DNA of 38,997 nt from Nocardioidaceae bacterium. Lineage in GTDB: Bacteria > Actinomycetota > Actinomycetes > Propionibacteriales > Nocardioidaceae. Numbering within the stretch: the first letter of the stretch is position 1; the number at the start of each line of letters is the position of its first letter. Positions 24,297-33,388 of this stretch are shown here, in pieces. The DNA is taken from assembly GCA_031365435.1 (NCBI GenBank), contig JANLYC010000123.1, forward strand, positions 1 to 38,997, read 5' to 3'. A program made the translations under genes and the position numbers. The notes under the pieces are model-generated. The model saw only the letters and a list, made by a program, of their open reading frames with translations. It did not search any database and was not told the DNA's origin.

Positions 24297-25535
24297 ATGG
24301 CCAAGCGCAAGGTACTGGGCATCGTGCTCGCGGGTGGTGAGGGCAAGCGGTTGATGCCCCTGACACTGGACCGCGCAAAGCCGGCCGTTCCGTTCGGCGG
24401 GAGCTACCGGCTCATCGACTTCGCGCTGTCCAACCTGGTCAACGCGGGATTCCTTCGGCTCTGCGTCCTGACGCAGTACAAGTCGCACTCGCTGGACCGC
24501 CATGTGTCGGTGACCTGGCGGATGTCGACTCTGCTCGGCAACTACGTCACGCCCGTGCCGGCCCAGCAACGACGGGGCAAGCAGTGGTTCCTGGGGAGTG
24601 CTGACGCGATCTACCAGTCGATGAACCTCATCGTCGACGAGAAGCCCGAGATCATCGTCGTGTTTGGCGCGGACCACGTCTACCGCATGGACGCATCGCA
24701 GATGGTCGACGCGCACGTCGAGTCCGGGGCGTCCGTGTCGGTCGCCGGAATCCGTGTGCCGCGCAAGGAGGCCGACCAGTTCGGCGTCATCAAGACGGCC
24801 GACGACGGCGTTCGCATCGCCGAGTTCCTCGAGAAGCCCGCCGACCCGCCGGGCCTGGTCGACAGCCCGGACGAGTCGTTCGCGTCGATGGGCAACTACG
24901 TCTTCACTGCCGACGCGCTGGTGCAGGCTCTGGAGGAGGACGCCGCCAACCCCGAGTCGCGCCACGACATGGGCGGCGACATCATCCCGCTGCTGGTCGG
25001 TCAGAACGAAGCAGCCGTCTACGACTTCAAGCGCAACGACGTGCCGGGGTCGCTGCCGGGCGACCGGGACTACTGGCGTGACGTCGGGACGCTCTCGTCG
25101 TACCACGATGCGCATCTCGACCTGGTATCCGTCGAGCCGATCTTCAACCTGTACAACAGCCAGTGGCCGATCTTCACGGCCAACACCAGCCTGCCGGGCG
25201 CGAAGTTCGTCGAGTCGGCCACTGCTGACGACGCGATCGTGTGCGCCGGCTCGATCGTCTCCGGGGCGGCGATCCGCTCGTCGGTCATCGGCACCGACGT
25301 CTACGTCGCCAGCGGTGCCGTCGTTCACCGCAGCGTCATCATGGACAACGTCAAGATCGGTGTCGGCGCGCACGTCCGCAACGCGATCATCGACAAGAAC
25401 GTCATCGTCCCGGACGGCTTCAGCATCGGCCTGGATCCCGAGGCCGACCGGGCGGCCGGCTTCACCGTCACCGACGAGGGGATCACGGTGCTCGGCAAGG
25501 GTCACCCCATCAAGGGCGAGTACACCGGGACCTGA
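24297..25535 (+). CDS. glgC: Glucose-1-phosphate adenylyltransferase
   Basis: 412 aa. Motifs are [48 protein letters not shown], plus the C-terminal left-handed beta-helix region. Confidence 0.95.
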   Translation: MAKRKVLGIVLAGGEGKRLMPLTLDRAKPAVPFGGSYRLIDFALSNLVNAGFLRLCVLTQYKSHSLDRHVSVTWRMSTLLGNYVTPVPAQQRRGKQWFLGSADAIYQSMNLIVDEKPEIIVVFGADHVYRMDASQMVDAHVESGASVSVAGIRVPRKEADQFGVIKTADDGVRIAEFLEKPADPPGLVDSPDESFASMGNYVFTADALVQALEEDAANPESRHDMGGDIIPLLVGQNEAAVYDFKRNDVPGSLPGDRDYWRDVGTLSSYHDAHLDLVSVEPIFNLYNSQWPIFTANTSLPGAKFVESATADDAIVCAGSIVSGAAIRSSVIGTDVYVASGAVVHRSVIMDNVKIGVGAHVRNAIIDKNVIVPDGFSIGLDPEADRAAGFTVTDEGITVLGKGHPIKGEYTGT

Positions 25536-25586
25536 CCCTCCGGCTGAGCCTGCACCAGACCGCACAGGGACATCCCAGGGACCTCG

Positions 25587-26984
25587 ATGACCGACCCACG
25601 ACTGCCCGTCTGTGTCGCCGCAGGCAACCCGGTGACGGCCGACGTCGGCGCCGACGCGCTGCGCGCCGGAGGCAGTGCAGCCGATGCGGCGGTCGCCATG
25701 GTGTTGGCCGCGTGCGTTGCGGAGACTGTCTTCACCGGACTCACCGGGGGCGGGTACGCCATCTACTACGAAGCCGCCACCAGGACGACGACCTGCCTCG
25801 ACTTCTTCGTCGCGGTACCGGGACTGGCGGGCCGACGGACAGCGGTGCCGCAGGAGATCGCCATCGATTTCGGCGGTCAGCTGGTGCCGTACGCCGTGGG
25901 GCCCGCCACCGTGGCGGTACCAGGAGTGCCGGCAGGCGTGGCCGCGCTGCACCGCCGCTGGGGTCGGTTGGCCTGGTCCGACGTGGTGGCCCCGGCGATC
26001 GGTCATGCGGCGCACGGGGTCGTCTTTGCACCGCTGCACTCCAAGGTGCTCGCGACGATCGCGCCTGCGATGTTGCTGGGGGACGGTATCCACGTGTATG
26101 GCAGGGACGGCGACGTGCTCCCTGGTGGCGCCCGCCTGTTCCATCCCGGGCTGGAGACAGCAATGCGCGTGCTGGCAGACGAGGGGGCGGAGGCCTTCTA
26201 CACCGGCCGCATCGCCGAGGCGATGGTGGCGGCCGTAGGTCAGCAGGGTGACCTGAGCTACCCGGACCTCGCTGCCTACGGCGTGGTCGAGACCGCTCCC
26301 GGCAGGGCCCAGCTCGGTGAGGTCGACGTGGTCGCCCGTGGTGACGACCTCGACGACCTGCTGGGCACGTTCGATGCCCTCGTCCTCGATGCTGACGAGG
26401 GTGTTCTCGCGTCCCGGATGGTCGACGTGCTGCGTGCTCCGCCACGCCGCGGAGACACGACGAGCGCTGCGGTCGTGGACAACGACGGCAACCTCTGTGC
26501 GGTGACGACGAGTCTGGGACTGGCCTCCGGCGTCTGGATCGGCGAGTACGGGCTGCATCTCAACTCGATGTTGGGGGAGGGCGAGCTGGTTCGGGGCAGT
26601 GAACGGCCGGGGCACCGGATGGGCTCGATGATGTCGCCGTTGATCGCCTTCCGGGGTGACGCACCGATCCTCGTGGGCGGTGCTGCCGGCGGAAGTCGGA
26701 TCCGCTCGGCACTGCTGCAGGTGGTGATCAACGTGGTGCACCACCGGCGGCCGGTGGCCGAGGCGATCGCGGCACCGCGACTCAACCCGGTTCCCGACAA
26801 GGTGCACGTGGAGCCGGGACTGCCTCCCGAGGTGCTGCGTGTCCTTGCGGAACGCGACCAGGTGACCGTCTGGCCGGCGCTCGACTCGTACTTCGGCGGA
26901 GTGGCGGCGATCGACGCTTCCGGTCCCGGTGCCGACCCACGACGCGGTGGGGACGTACGCCGGCTGGACCGCGCGACCGGCTGA
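25587..26984 (+). CDS. ggt: Gamma-glutamyltranspeptidase-family (Ntn hydrolase) protein, short form
   Basis: 465 aa. N-terminal motifs are G.AADAAVA and LTGGGY. The autoprocessing/catalytic Thr context is GDTTSAAVVDNDGNLCAVTTSLG. The GG pair appears in VGGAAGGSRI. No signal peptide is evident. Confidence 0.75.
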   Translation: MTDPRLPVCVAAGNPVTADVGADALRAGGSAADAAVAMVLAACVAETVFTGLTGGGYAIYYEAATRTTTCLDFFVAVPGLAGRRTAVPQEIAIDFGGQLVPYAVGPATVAVPGVPAGVAALHRRWGRLAWSDVVAPAIGHAAHGVVFAPLHSKVLATIAPAMLLGDGIHVYGRDGDVLPGGARLFHPGLETAMRVLADEGAEAFYTGRIAEAMVAAVGQQGDLSYPDLAAYGVVETAPGRAQLGEVDVVARGDDLDDLLGTFDALVLDADEGVLASRMVDVLRAPPRRGDTTSAAVVDNDGNLCAVTTSLGLASGVWIGEYGLHLNSMLGEGELVRGSERPGHRMGSMMSPLIAFRGDAPILVGGAAGGSRIRSALLQVVINVVHHRRPVAEAIAAPRLNPVPDKVHVEPGLPPEVLRVLAERDQVTVWPALDSYFGGVAAIDASGPGADPRRGGDVRRLDRATG

Positions 26985-27028
26985 CAGCCTCACCACGGTG
27001 CCTGACCGGCGCCGGGGTCCGGGGTCAC

Positions 27029-27034
27029 TAGAGT
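27029..27034 (+). promoter_or_regulatory. Putative -10 hexamer TAGAGT, 7 nt upstream of ATG 27042
   Basis: TAGAGT-GGCGCGC-ATG. The hexamer overlaps the alternative GTG 27033, which argues for the ATG start. Confidence 0.35.
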
Positions 27035-27041
27035 GGCGCGC

Positions 27042-27854
27042 ATGTCGAACTCCAAGCGGCCCAACCGGCCCTCGGCTGCGGCCGCCAAGGGCGCGACCAA
27101 GGGTGTGTCCCGGAAGACACCGCGCACGTCGCAGGTGGCCGTCGTGCTGATCGCCCTCTTCTGTGTGGCGGCCGTGGTGGGGATCCCTCTGCTTCTCAAC
27201 AACAAGGACGCCACCACACCGGCGGGCTCCGGAGCAGTCTCATCGAACCCGAGTCCGGCCAGCGTCGCCGACGTCACCTGTGACACGGCCCCACCGGCTG
27301 TCAGCAATCCGCCCCAGACGAACACGCCCCCCGATCCCGGCCTGGCCGAGAGCAGCACGTGGGAGGCCACGCTCCACACCACCTGTGGCGACATCCGGTT
27401 GCAGCTCGACGGTCAGGCGGCGCCGCAGACCGTGGCGTCGTTCATCAGCCTGGCTCGCTCGAGCTACTGGAAGGACAGCCCCTGCCACCGACTCACGACG
27501 GCGGCCACCGGCATCTTCGTGCTGCAGTGCGGAGACCCGACGGGTTCCGGCAGCGGCTCGCCCGGCTACGGGTTCGGGATCGAGAACGCGCCCGCCGACG
27601 GCCAGTACCCGCGCGGCACTCTGGCGATGGCGCGCGGCCAGGATCCCAACAGCAACGGCGGGCAGTTCTTCATCGTCTACAAGGACACGCAGCTTCCTAC
27701 CGGTGGAGGGGGCTACACGATCTTCGGCAAGGTGAGCGAAGGCATGCAGATCGTGGACGCGATCGTGAACCAAGGCGTCGAGGACAAGCAGTCCGACGGG
27801 GCGCCCTTCCAGCCGATCAGCATCCTGTCGGTGGACGTGGAGAAGAAAGGCTGA
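27042..27854 (+). CDS. ppiB: Membrane-anchored cyclophilin-type peptidyl-prolyl cis-trans isomerase
   Basis: Basic N-terminus plus one TM helix (VAVVLIALFCVAAVVGIPLLL). The cyclophilin core has F.SLA....Y.....HR, VLQCGDPTG.G.G.PGY, GTLAMAR......NGGQFFIV and TIFGKV..GM..VD. Confidence 0.85.
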   Translation: MSNSKRPNRPSAAAAKGATKGVSRKTPRTSQVAVVLIALFCVAAVVGIPLLLNNKDATTPAGSGAVSSNPSPASVADVTCDTAPPAVSNPPQTNTPPDPGLAESSTWEATLHTTCGDIRLQLDGQAAPQTVASFISLARSSYWKDSPCHRLTTAATGIFVLQCGDPTGSGSGSPGYGFGIENAPADGQYPRGTLAMARGQDPNSNGGQFFIVYKDTQLPTGGGGYTIFGKVSEGMQIVDAIVNQGVEDKQSDGAPFQPISILSVDVEKKG

Positions 27855-28258
27855 TGGTCACCAGGTCGGGCCCGACCGGACACCTGCCACCTCGGGACGT
27901 GGCGCTGCTCGCCGTGCTCTTCACACTGAGTGGGGTCCTGCACGGCGTTCGGCCGGCCACGTTCGAGGGCATCGTGCCGCGCCGCCTCCCACGCAGACGT
28001 GGCCTGGTCTACGCCAGCGGTGCCGCCGAGCTGCTCTGCGCTGCCGGGCTGCTCTCGCCGGCGACCCGGAGCCGGGCCGGACTGGTCAGCGCCGCACTGC
28101 TGGTGCTGATCTTTCCGGCGAACGTCCAGATGGCGGTCGACGTCCTGGGAAGCCGACGAGCCTCTTCCGTGATGAAGCTGGCTGTGCTGGTCCGGCTACC
28201 GCTGCAGTGGCCGTTGATCAGGACAGGGTGGCGCGCCTACCGATCAGCTCGACGCTGA
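27854..28258 (+). CDS. Small DoxX-like integral membrane protein
   Basis: 134 aa. ATG 27854 overlaps the ppiB stop (TGATG). It has four hydrophobic segments. The family assignment is tentative (SGAAELLCAAGLL, IFPANVQMA). Confidence 0.55.
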   Translation: MVTRSGPTGHLPPRDVALLAVLFTLSGVLHGVRPATFEGIVPRRLPRRRGLVYASGAAELLCAAGLLSPATRSRAGLVSAALLVLIFPANVQMAVDVLGSRRASSVMKLAVLVRLPLQWPLIRTGWRAYRSARR

Positions 28259-28870
28259 GTCACGCACCGGCCGACGCGCGCGGACCAACGTGTCGAGGGC
28301 GACGCCGTCCGGTGTCTCCCGGGTGACGGTCTCTGCGAGCTGGACGTCCAGGCCGGGCAGCGTGGTGAGCTCGGCCCGGATCTGCTGGCCGTCATACAGG
28401 AGCGACTCGTCCTGAGGCCCGGATACGCCTTCGCGCAGGTTGCGAAGGTCGTGACCGACGATCACCAGGTGCCCGCGCGGAGCGACCGCCCGACCTGCGT
28501 TGCGCAGCACGGCCCGGAACTGGTCGGGGGGGAGATGGAGGTAGCTGATCAGGACGAGGTCGAAGAGCTCCGGCCTGGGCGGGTCCGTGGTCACGTCCGA
28601 CACCTCCCAGACCAGGCGTGCCGCGACCGCCATGCTCTCGCGCGTGGTCAGGTCACGGGCTCGCTCGATCGCGACAGCGGAGTAGTCGACCCCGGTGACC
28701 TGCCAGCCGAGCCGGGCGAGCCAGAGCGCGTTGCGGCCTTCTCCGCAGGCCAGGTCGATCGCACGGCCGATCGGAAGCCGCTCGCACTGTGCGCGCACGA
28801 ACCTGTTGGGTTCGAGTCCCCAGACCAGCTCAGTGCCTGCGTACCGCTCGTCCCAGGCCGTCGCGTCCAT
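28244..28870 (-). CDS. Class I SAM-dependent methyltransferase (TehB-like)
   Basis: WDERY opening and SAM motif I in IDLACGEGRNALWLA. D-loop GVDYS and motif in FDLVLISY. ATG 28870 is preceded by TAGGCT-N6; the track start 28876 is a GTG two codons upstream. The 3' end overlaps the convergent DoxX-like gene by 15 nt. Confidence 0.8.
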   Translation of the reverse strand: MDATAWDERYAGTELVWGLEPNRFVRAQCERLPIGRAIDLACGEGRNALWLARLGWQVTGVDYSAVAIERARDLTTRESMAVAARLVWEVSDVTTDPPRPELFDLVLISYLHLPPDQFRAVLRNAGRAVAPRGHLVIVGHDLRNLREGVSGPQDESLLYDGQQIRAELTTLPGLDVQLAETVTRETPDGVALDTLVRARRPVRDSASS

Positions 28871-28876
28871 ACCCAC

Positions 28877-28882
28877 AGCCTA
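28877..28882 (-). promoter_or_regulatory. Putative -10 hexamer TAGGCT, 6 nt upstream of the methyltransferase ATG 28870
   Basis: The minus strand reads TAGGCT-GTGGGT-ATG. Confidence 0.35.
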
Positions 28883-28985
28883 CGCAGCCTCGTCCAGCGG
28901 ACCTGACACAGCGCGCAGCGAGGACGATCGGCATCATCGGTCCGCCTGGACGCCGCCGCGCACCACCCGTGGCTGTCGCTTGGAC

Positions 28986-28991
28986 TACCTT
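28986..28991 (+). promoter_or_regulatory. Putative -10 hexamer TACCTT, 6 nt upstream of GTG 28998
   Basis: TACCTT-GTGCCC-GTG. Confidence 0.3.
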
Positions 28992-28997
28992 GTGCCC

Positions 28998-30167
28998 GTG
29001 ACCCTCGCGTCGTACGTCGCCGGTATGCGGCGGCGAGACCCGGACGAGGGCCACCGTGCCTCGACGCCGCTGGAGCTCTTGTTCGACCTCACGTTCGTGG
29101 TGGCTGTCGCACACGTCGCCGGCGAGCTGGCGCACTCGGTCGTGGCCGACGAGATCGGCCACGGCGTCGTCGCGTACGTCATGACGTTCTTCGCCATCTG
29201 GTGGGCGTGGATGAACTTCACCTGGTTCGCCTCTGCGTACGACTGCGACGACGCGCTGTACCGCGTGATGACGGCGCTGCAGATGGCGGGCGTCCTCGTA
29301 CTGGCGGCCGGAGTGGGGTCCGCCTTCGAGGACAGCGACTTCAAGACTGTCGTCGTCGGCTATGTGCTCATGCGGGTCGCCATGGTGGGGCAGTGGCTCC
29401 GGGCAGCCGCGGCCGACTCGGAGGGCCGCCCGACCGCCCGTCGGTACGTCGTCGGGACGCTGGTCGTGCAGGTCGCATGGACGCTGCGACTGCTCCTGCC
29501 GGAGGCGCTCGGCGTGGTCTCCTTCCTGGTGCTGGTCGCTGCGGAGCTGGTGGTGCCGTTGTGGGCGGAGATCCCGCGTCGTACACCGTGGCATCCCGGC
29601 CACATCGCCGAGCGGTACGGGCTGTTCACGATCATCGTCCTCGGCGAGTCGGTGTTGGCAGCCAGCAACGCGATCAGCGCCGACTTCTCCAGCGGCGGGC
29701 TCACGCTCGACCTTGTCGTGCTCGGTTGCGGCGGGTTGATCCTGCTGTTCGGGATGTGGTGGATCTACTTCCTGCACGACACCGGCGAAGCGCTCCGCGT
29801 CCGGCCCGACCAGGACTTCACATGGGGCTACGCGCACTACGCCATCTTCGCGGCAGCGGTGGCCGTGGGCGCCGGGTTGGAGGCCTCCACCGAGTTCGGT
29901 CTGCACCCTGTCAGCGCGTCGGCCACGTCGATCGGGATGGTGCTCGCGGTTGCGGTCGGCGTCTACCTCGTCCTGGTCGCGCTCATCCACGGCCGGCTCA
30001 GCCCTACGCACCGACCGAACCTCGTGCAGGCGGGGACTGCCGCCGTGACGCTCCTGGTGGTGGCGCTGACCGTCGCCCGGGCTTCACTGCCGTGGGCGGT
30101 GCTGTCGGAGGGAGTCGTGGTGGCCGCGCTCGTCGTCGTGGCTGCTCGCGTACAGACCAGGGTCTGA
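28998..30167 (+). CDS. ltrA: Low-temperature-requirement LtrA-family membrane protein
   Basis: LtrA N-terminal signature (ASTPLELLFDLTFVVAV, FFAIWWAWMNFTWFAS) followed by about 10 TM helices. The start is uncertain: GTG 28998 (leaderless pattern) or ATG 29025. The track start 28695 overlaps the methyltransferase. Confidence 0.8.
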   Translation: MTLASYVAGMRRRDPDEGHRASTPLELLFDLTFVVAVAHVAGELAHSVVADEIGHGVVAYVMTFFAIWWAWMNFTWFASAYDCDDALYRVMTALQMAGVLVLAAGVGSAFEDSDFKTVVVGYVLMRVAMVGQWLRAAAADSEGRPTARRYVVGTLVVQVAWTLRLLLPEALGVVSFLVLVAAELVVPLWAEIPRRTPWHPGHIAERYGLFTIIVLGESVLAASNAISADFSSGGLTLDLVVLGCGGLILLFGMWWIYFLHDTGEALRVRPDQDFTWGYAHYAIFAAAVAVGAGLEASTEFGLHPVSASATSIGMVLAVAVGVYLVLVALIHGRLSPTHRPNLVQAGTAAVTLLVVALTVARASLPWAVLSEGVVVAALVVVAARVQTRV

Positions 30168-30246
30168 CCGCCCAGGTCCTGCGGCCACGTCCGAGACATC
30201 GACCCCGAAGCCGTCGGCCAGCTCGAGTGTGCCCGGCAGGAGCACG

Positions 30247-30252
30247 TAGGGT
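30247..30252 (+). promoter_or_regulatory. Putative -10 hexamer TAGGGT, 8 nt upstream of the helicase ATG
   Basis: TAGGGT-CGAGCCCG-ATG. Confidence 0.35.
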
Positions 30253-30260
30253 CGAGCCCG

Positions 30261-32366
30261 ATGACCACAGAGCTCACGACAGCGCGTCACGCGATCGCCG
30301 ACCGGGTGATCGCGGCCATGGCGGGGGAGCAGGCCAGGCTCCGCCCCGACCAGGAGACCGCCGTGGCTGCCCTGTGCGAGCCGAGCGCCCGGGTGCTCGT
30401 CGTGCAGGCCACCGGGTGGGGCAAGTCCGCGGTCTACTGGGCCGCCACGGCGATCCGCCGGGCCGAGCGGCAGGGGACGACGCTGGTCGTCTCGCCGCTG
30501 CTCTCGCTCATGCGTGACCAGGTCGCGGCAGCCGAGCGCGCCGGTCTGACCGCGGCCACGCTGAACTCGTCCAACGTGGGCGACTGGTCCGACATCGAGG
30601 AGCAGCTGATGGCCGGCACTCTCGACGTGCTCCTCGTGTCGCCCGAGCGGCTGGCCAACCCGCGGTTCGGCCGCCGGGTCCTCGACGCGCTCGTCGGTCG
30701 GCTCGGGCTGCTCGTCGTCGACGAGGCCCACGCGATCTCCGACTGGGGACACGACTTCCGGCCCGACTACCGACGCGTGGCCGACCTCCTCCGCGGACTC
30801 AACCCCGGCACACCCGTCCTGGCCACGACCGCCACCGCGAACGCGCGTGTCACCGATGACGTGGCCGCCCAGCTCGGCGAGACGACGCTCGTGCTGCGCG
30901 GACGGCTGGCCCGCGACAGCCTGCACCTCGCGGTCATCGACCAGCTGAGCCCGCTCGAGCGCTACGCGTGGGTGGTCAACCAGCTGCCCCGACTCCCCGG
31001 GAGCGGCATCGTCTACACCCTCACCGTGGCTGACGCCGAGCGACTCGCGACCGTCATCACCGGGGTGCATGGCGACGCGGTACCCGTGGCGGCCTACACC
31101 GGAGGGCTCGAGTCCGACGAGCGCGAACGGCTCGAGGACGCGCTCCGCCACAACAAGCTCAAGGCTCTCGTCGCCACCTCGGCACTCGGGATGGGTTACG
31201 ACAAGCCTGATCTCGGTTTCGTGATCCACGTCGGTTCGCCACCGAGCCCGGTGTCCTACTACCAGCAGGTCGGGCGCGCCGGGCGCGGCATCGACGAGGC
31301 CCAGGTGATCCTGCTGCCGTCGCTCGCCGACGCCGGCGTCTGGGACTACTTCGCGACCGCGACGATCCCGGACCCTGAGCAGGTCAACCGGCTGCTCGAC
31401 GCCTGGGCTCGTCACGAGGACGAGGTGACGTCGGTGCCGTCCCTGGAGGCCGTGTCGGGACTACGACGCGGCAAGGTCGAGCTGATGCTCAAGCAGCTCG
31501 CGGTCGATGGCGTCGTCGACCGCGTCGAGGACGGCTGGCGGCGTACCGGCGTCGCCTGGACGTACGACGCGGAGCACTACGACGGCATCATCGCCACCCG
31601 GCGACGCGAGGCCGACATCATGCGTGCCTACAGCCGAGGTGAGCGCTGTCTCATGCAGCTGCTGCAAGAATCGCTCGACGACCCGACCGCCCAACCCTGC
31701 GGACGGTGCACGGTCTGTCGCGGTGACCTGCTCGACGGACTCGACGCGACGCCGCCACGCGAGACACTGGCGCAGGTCACGCGGCTGCTCCGCGGTGAGA
31801 GCCATGTCCTCGAGCCGCGCAAGATGTGGCCCGGCGGAGACTTCGGCAGCCGCGGTCGGATCCCCGCTGAGCTGATGGCCGACGAGGGCCGGGTTCTCAT
31901 CCACGCTGACGCCCCCGAGTGGCGCGAGTTCCTGTCGGCTGGACTGCGCCCCGACACGCCGGCCCCACCCGACGTCCTCGACGGCTGCGTCGCGCTGATG
32001 AGTCGCTGGCGGACCAGCTGGGCTGAGCGCCCAGACGTGGTGGTCGGACTGCCGGCCGCCGGTGCCCGGGTCCTGCTCGACGATCTCGTGGGACACCTCA
32101 CCAAGGTGGGACGACTCGATCGCGCCGTGCTCGAGTCACCGGCCGAGCCGGTCCCGGACGGGTTGGCCTCGGCAGCCGAGGCGGCCTGGTGGCGCGACCG
32201 GATCAGCATCCTCGATGAGCAACGACCCGCGGTCTCGGACCGGACCGTCCTGCTCGTCGCCGACGCCTCGTCGTCGATGTGGCCGGTCACGCTCGCGGCC
32301 GCCGCACTACGCGAGGGGGGCGCGCGCCGGGTCCTGCCGCTGGTCGTGCACCGGCGGGTGGGCTGA
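30261..32366 (+). CDS. rqlH: RecQ-like ATP-dependent DNA helicase of the mycobacterial RqlH type (helicase core + 4-Cys zinc module + degenerate ComF/PRTase-like C-terminal domain)
   Basis: 701 aa. Motif I QATGWGKS and motif II VVDEAHAISDWGHDFRPDY. Further motifs are ATTATA, TSALGMGYDKPD and QQVGRAGR. The zinc module has the spacing C-x16-C-x2-C-x2-C (ERCLMQ...QPCGRCTVC). There is no HRDC-like end. The last roughly 200 aa end in VLLVADASSSMWPVTLAAAALREGGARRVLPLVV, reminiscent of a PRPP-binding loop. Confidence 0.85.
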   Translation: MTTELTTARHAIADRVIAAMAGEQARLRPDQETAVAALCEPSARVLVVQATGWGKSAVYWAATAIRRAERQGTTLVVSPLLSLMRDQVAAAERAGLTAATLNSSNVGDWSDIEEQLMAGTLDVLLVSPERLANPRFGRRVLDALVGRLGLLVVDEAHAISDWGHDFRPDYRRVADLLRGLNPGTPVLATTATANARVTDDVAAQLGETTLVLRGRLARDSLHLAVIDQLSPLERYAWVVNQLPRLPGSGIVYTLTVADAERLATVITGVHGDAVPVAAYTGGLESDERERLEDALRHNKLKALVATSALGMGYDKPDLGFVIHVGSPPSPVSYYQQVGRAGRGIDEAQVILLPSLADAGVWDYFATATIPDPEQVNRLLDAWARHEDEVTSVPSLEAVSGLRRGKVELMLKQLAVDGVVDRVEDGWRRTGVAWTYDAEHYDGIIATRRREADIMRAYSRGERCLMQLLQESLDDPTAQPCGRCTVCRGDLLDGLDATPPRETLAQVTRLLRGESHVLEPRKMWPGGDFGSRGRIPAELMADEGRVLIHADAPEWREFLSAGLRPDTPAPPDVLDGCVALMSRWRTSWAERPDVVVGLPAAGARVLLDDLVGHLTKVGRLDRAVLESPAEPVPDGLASAAEAAWWRDRISILDEQRPAVSDRTVLLVADASSSMWPVTLAAAALREGGARRVLPLVVHRRVG

Positions 32367-32371
32367 CCCCG

Positions 32372-33367
32372 ATGACAATCGCCGGACCTGTCGGCCGAGC
32401 TGCGCCGCACCCCATCGGACCTGACGTCGAGGCCTGCTCGGTGCGCAGCGCCGCCCTCGACGAGCCCGCCTACGGGACGGCCTCGGTCGCCCGCGGCTGG
32501 CTGGCGCTGGAGCAACCCGGGCCATGGGGCCGCGACGCCGTGGGCGAGAGCCACCTCGACGTGGCGCTGGGCCGTGAGCTGGGCGAGCGGGCGGCGTCAG
32601 CCGGGGGCCGGTTCGTGCTGATCCGTGCCGCCGGCGCTCATCCCGACGACCACCGCGCCCGGGCCCGTACGGTCCTCGTGAGCTGCTCACTACCCGGACG
32701 CGAGTGGCTCCTCGTCGGCTCGGTACCTGACCCACGTGCGTTGCTGGACCTCGACCTCGACGCGGTGGTCCGCGGTGACCGCGCGGCTGCGGTGGCCTCG
32801 CTACCCGGGCTCGTGGGCACGTCGGAACCGGTGTTTCTCGTGTGCACGAACGGACGCCGTGATGTCTGCTGTGCGGTGCGCGGCCGGCCCGTGGCCAGCG
32901 ATGCGGCTGCACAGCGACCGGGTCAGGTCTGGGAGACGTCGCACACCGGCGGCCACCGGTTCGCGCCGACGGGGGTCCTGCTTCCGAGCGGGGTGACGCT
33001 CGCGCGCCTCGGGGCCTCCGACGTGCTGGCTGCGCTGGACGCCGCCGCGGCGGGGGAGCTGTCCGCGCAGCTGCTCGGACCCCGCCACGATCGGGGAAGG
33101 TCGGCTCTGCCCGCCCCGGCGCAGGCAGCGGAGTCGGCCGTGCGTGCGCGGACCGGAAGTGTCGGGCTCAACGCCCTTGTCGTCTCCGACTCGGTCTCCG
33201 ACGGTGACGTGACGCGAGTCCGCGTGGACCACAGGTCTGCCGATGCGGCGGCGGGGTCGACCACCGTGCTCGTCCGTTCCGTGACGCGCCCGCCGGAGCG
33301 CCGGGTGTCCTGCGGCAAGGCCACCGAGCCGCAGCGGGTGTATGCCGTCGAGATCGTCGACGGCTGA
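32372..33367 (+). CDS. Sucrase/ferredoxin-like family protein (thioredoxin-like fold, Cys/His cluster motif)
   Basis: 331 aa from ATG 32372, 5 nt after the helicase stop. The family hallmark is VFLVCTNGRRDVCCAVRGRP ... WETSHTGGHRFAP. Confidence 0.7.
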   Translation: MTIAGPVGRAAPHPIGPDVEACSVRSAALDEPAYGTASVARGWLALEQPGPWGRDAVGESHLDVALGRELGERAASAGGRFVLIRAAGAHPDDHRARARTVLVSCSLPGREWLLVGSVPDPRALLDLDLDAVVRGDRAAAVASLPGLVGTSEPVFLVCTNGRRDVCCAVRGRPVASDAAAQRPGQVWETSHTGGHRFAPTGVLLPSGVTLARLGASDVLAALDAAAAGELSAQLLGPRHDRGRSALPAPAQAAESAVRARTGSVGLNALVVSDSVSDGDVTRVRVDHRSADAAAGSTTVLVRSVTRPPERRVSCGKATEPQRVYAVEIVDG

Positions 33368-33388
33368 TCGCCGGTCCCGCCAAGCCCG

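Noticed and set aside
24204-26996. 930-aa ORF on the minus strand
   Set aside because: It is antisense to glgC and the GGT-family gene, both of which have clear family motifs. The translation is Arg/His/Asp/Val-rich with no motif.
30168-30260. Looked for a LexA SOS box (TCGAAC-N4-GTTCGA type) or a RecA-independent damage promoter upstream of the RecQ-like helicase
   Set aside because: No convincing match was seen by eye. Only the generic TAGGGT -10 is present.
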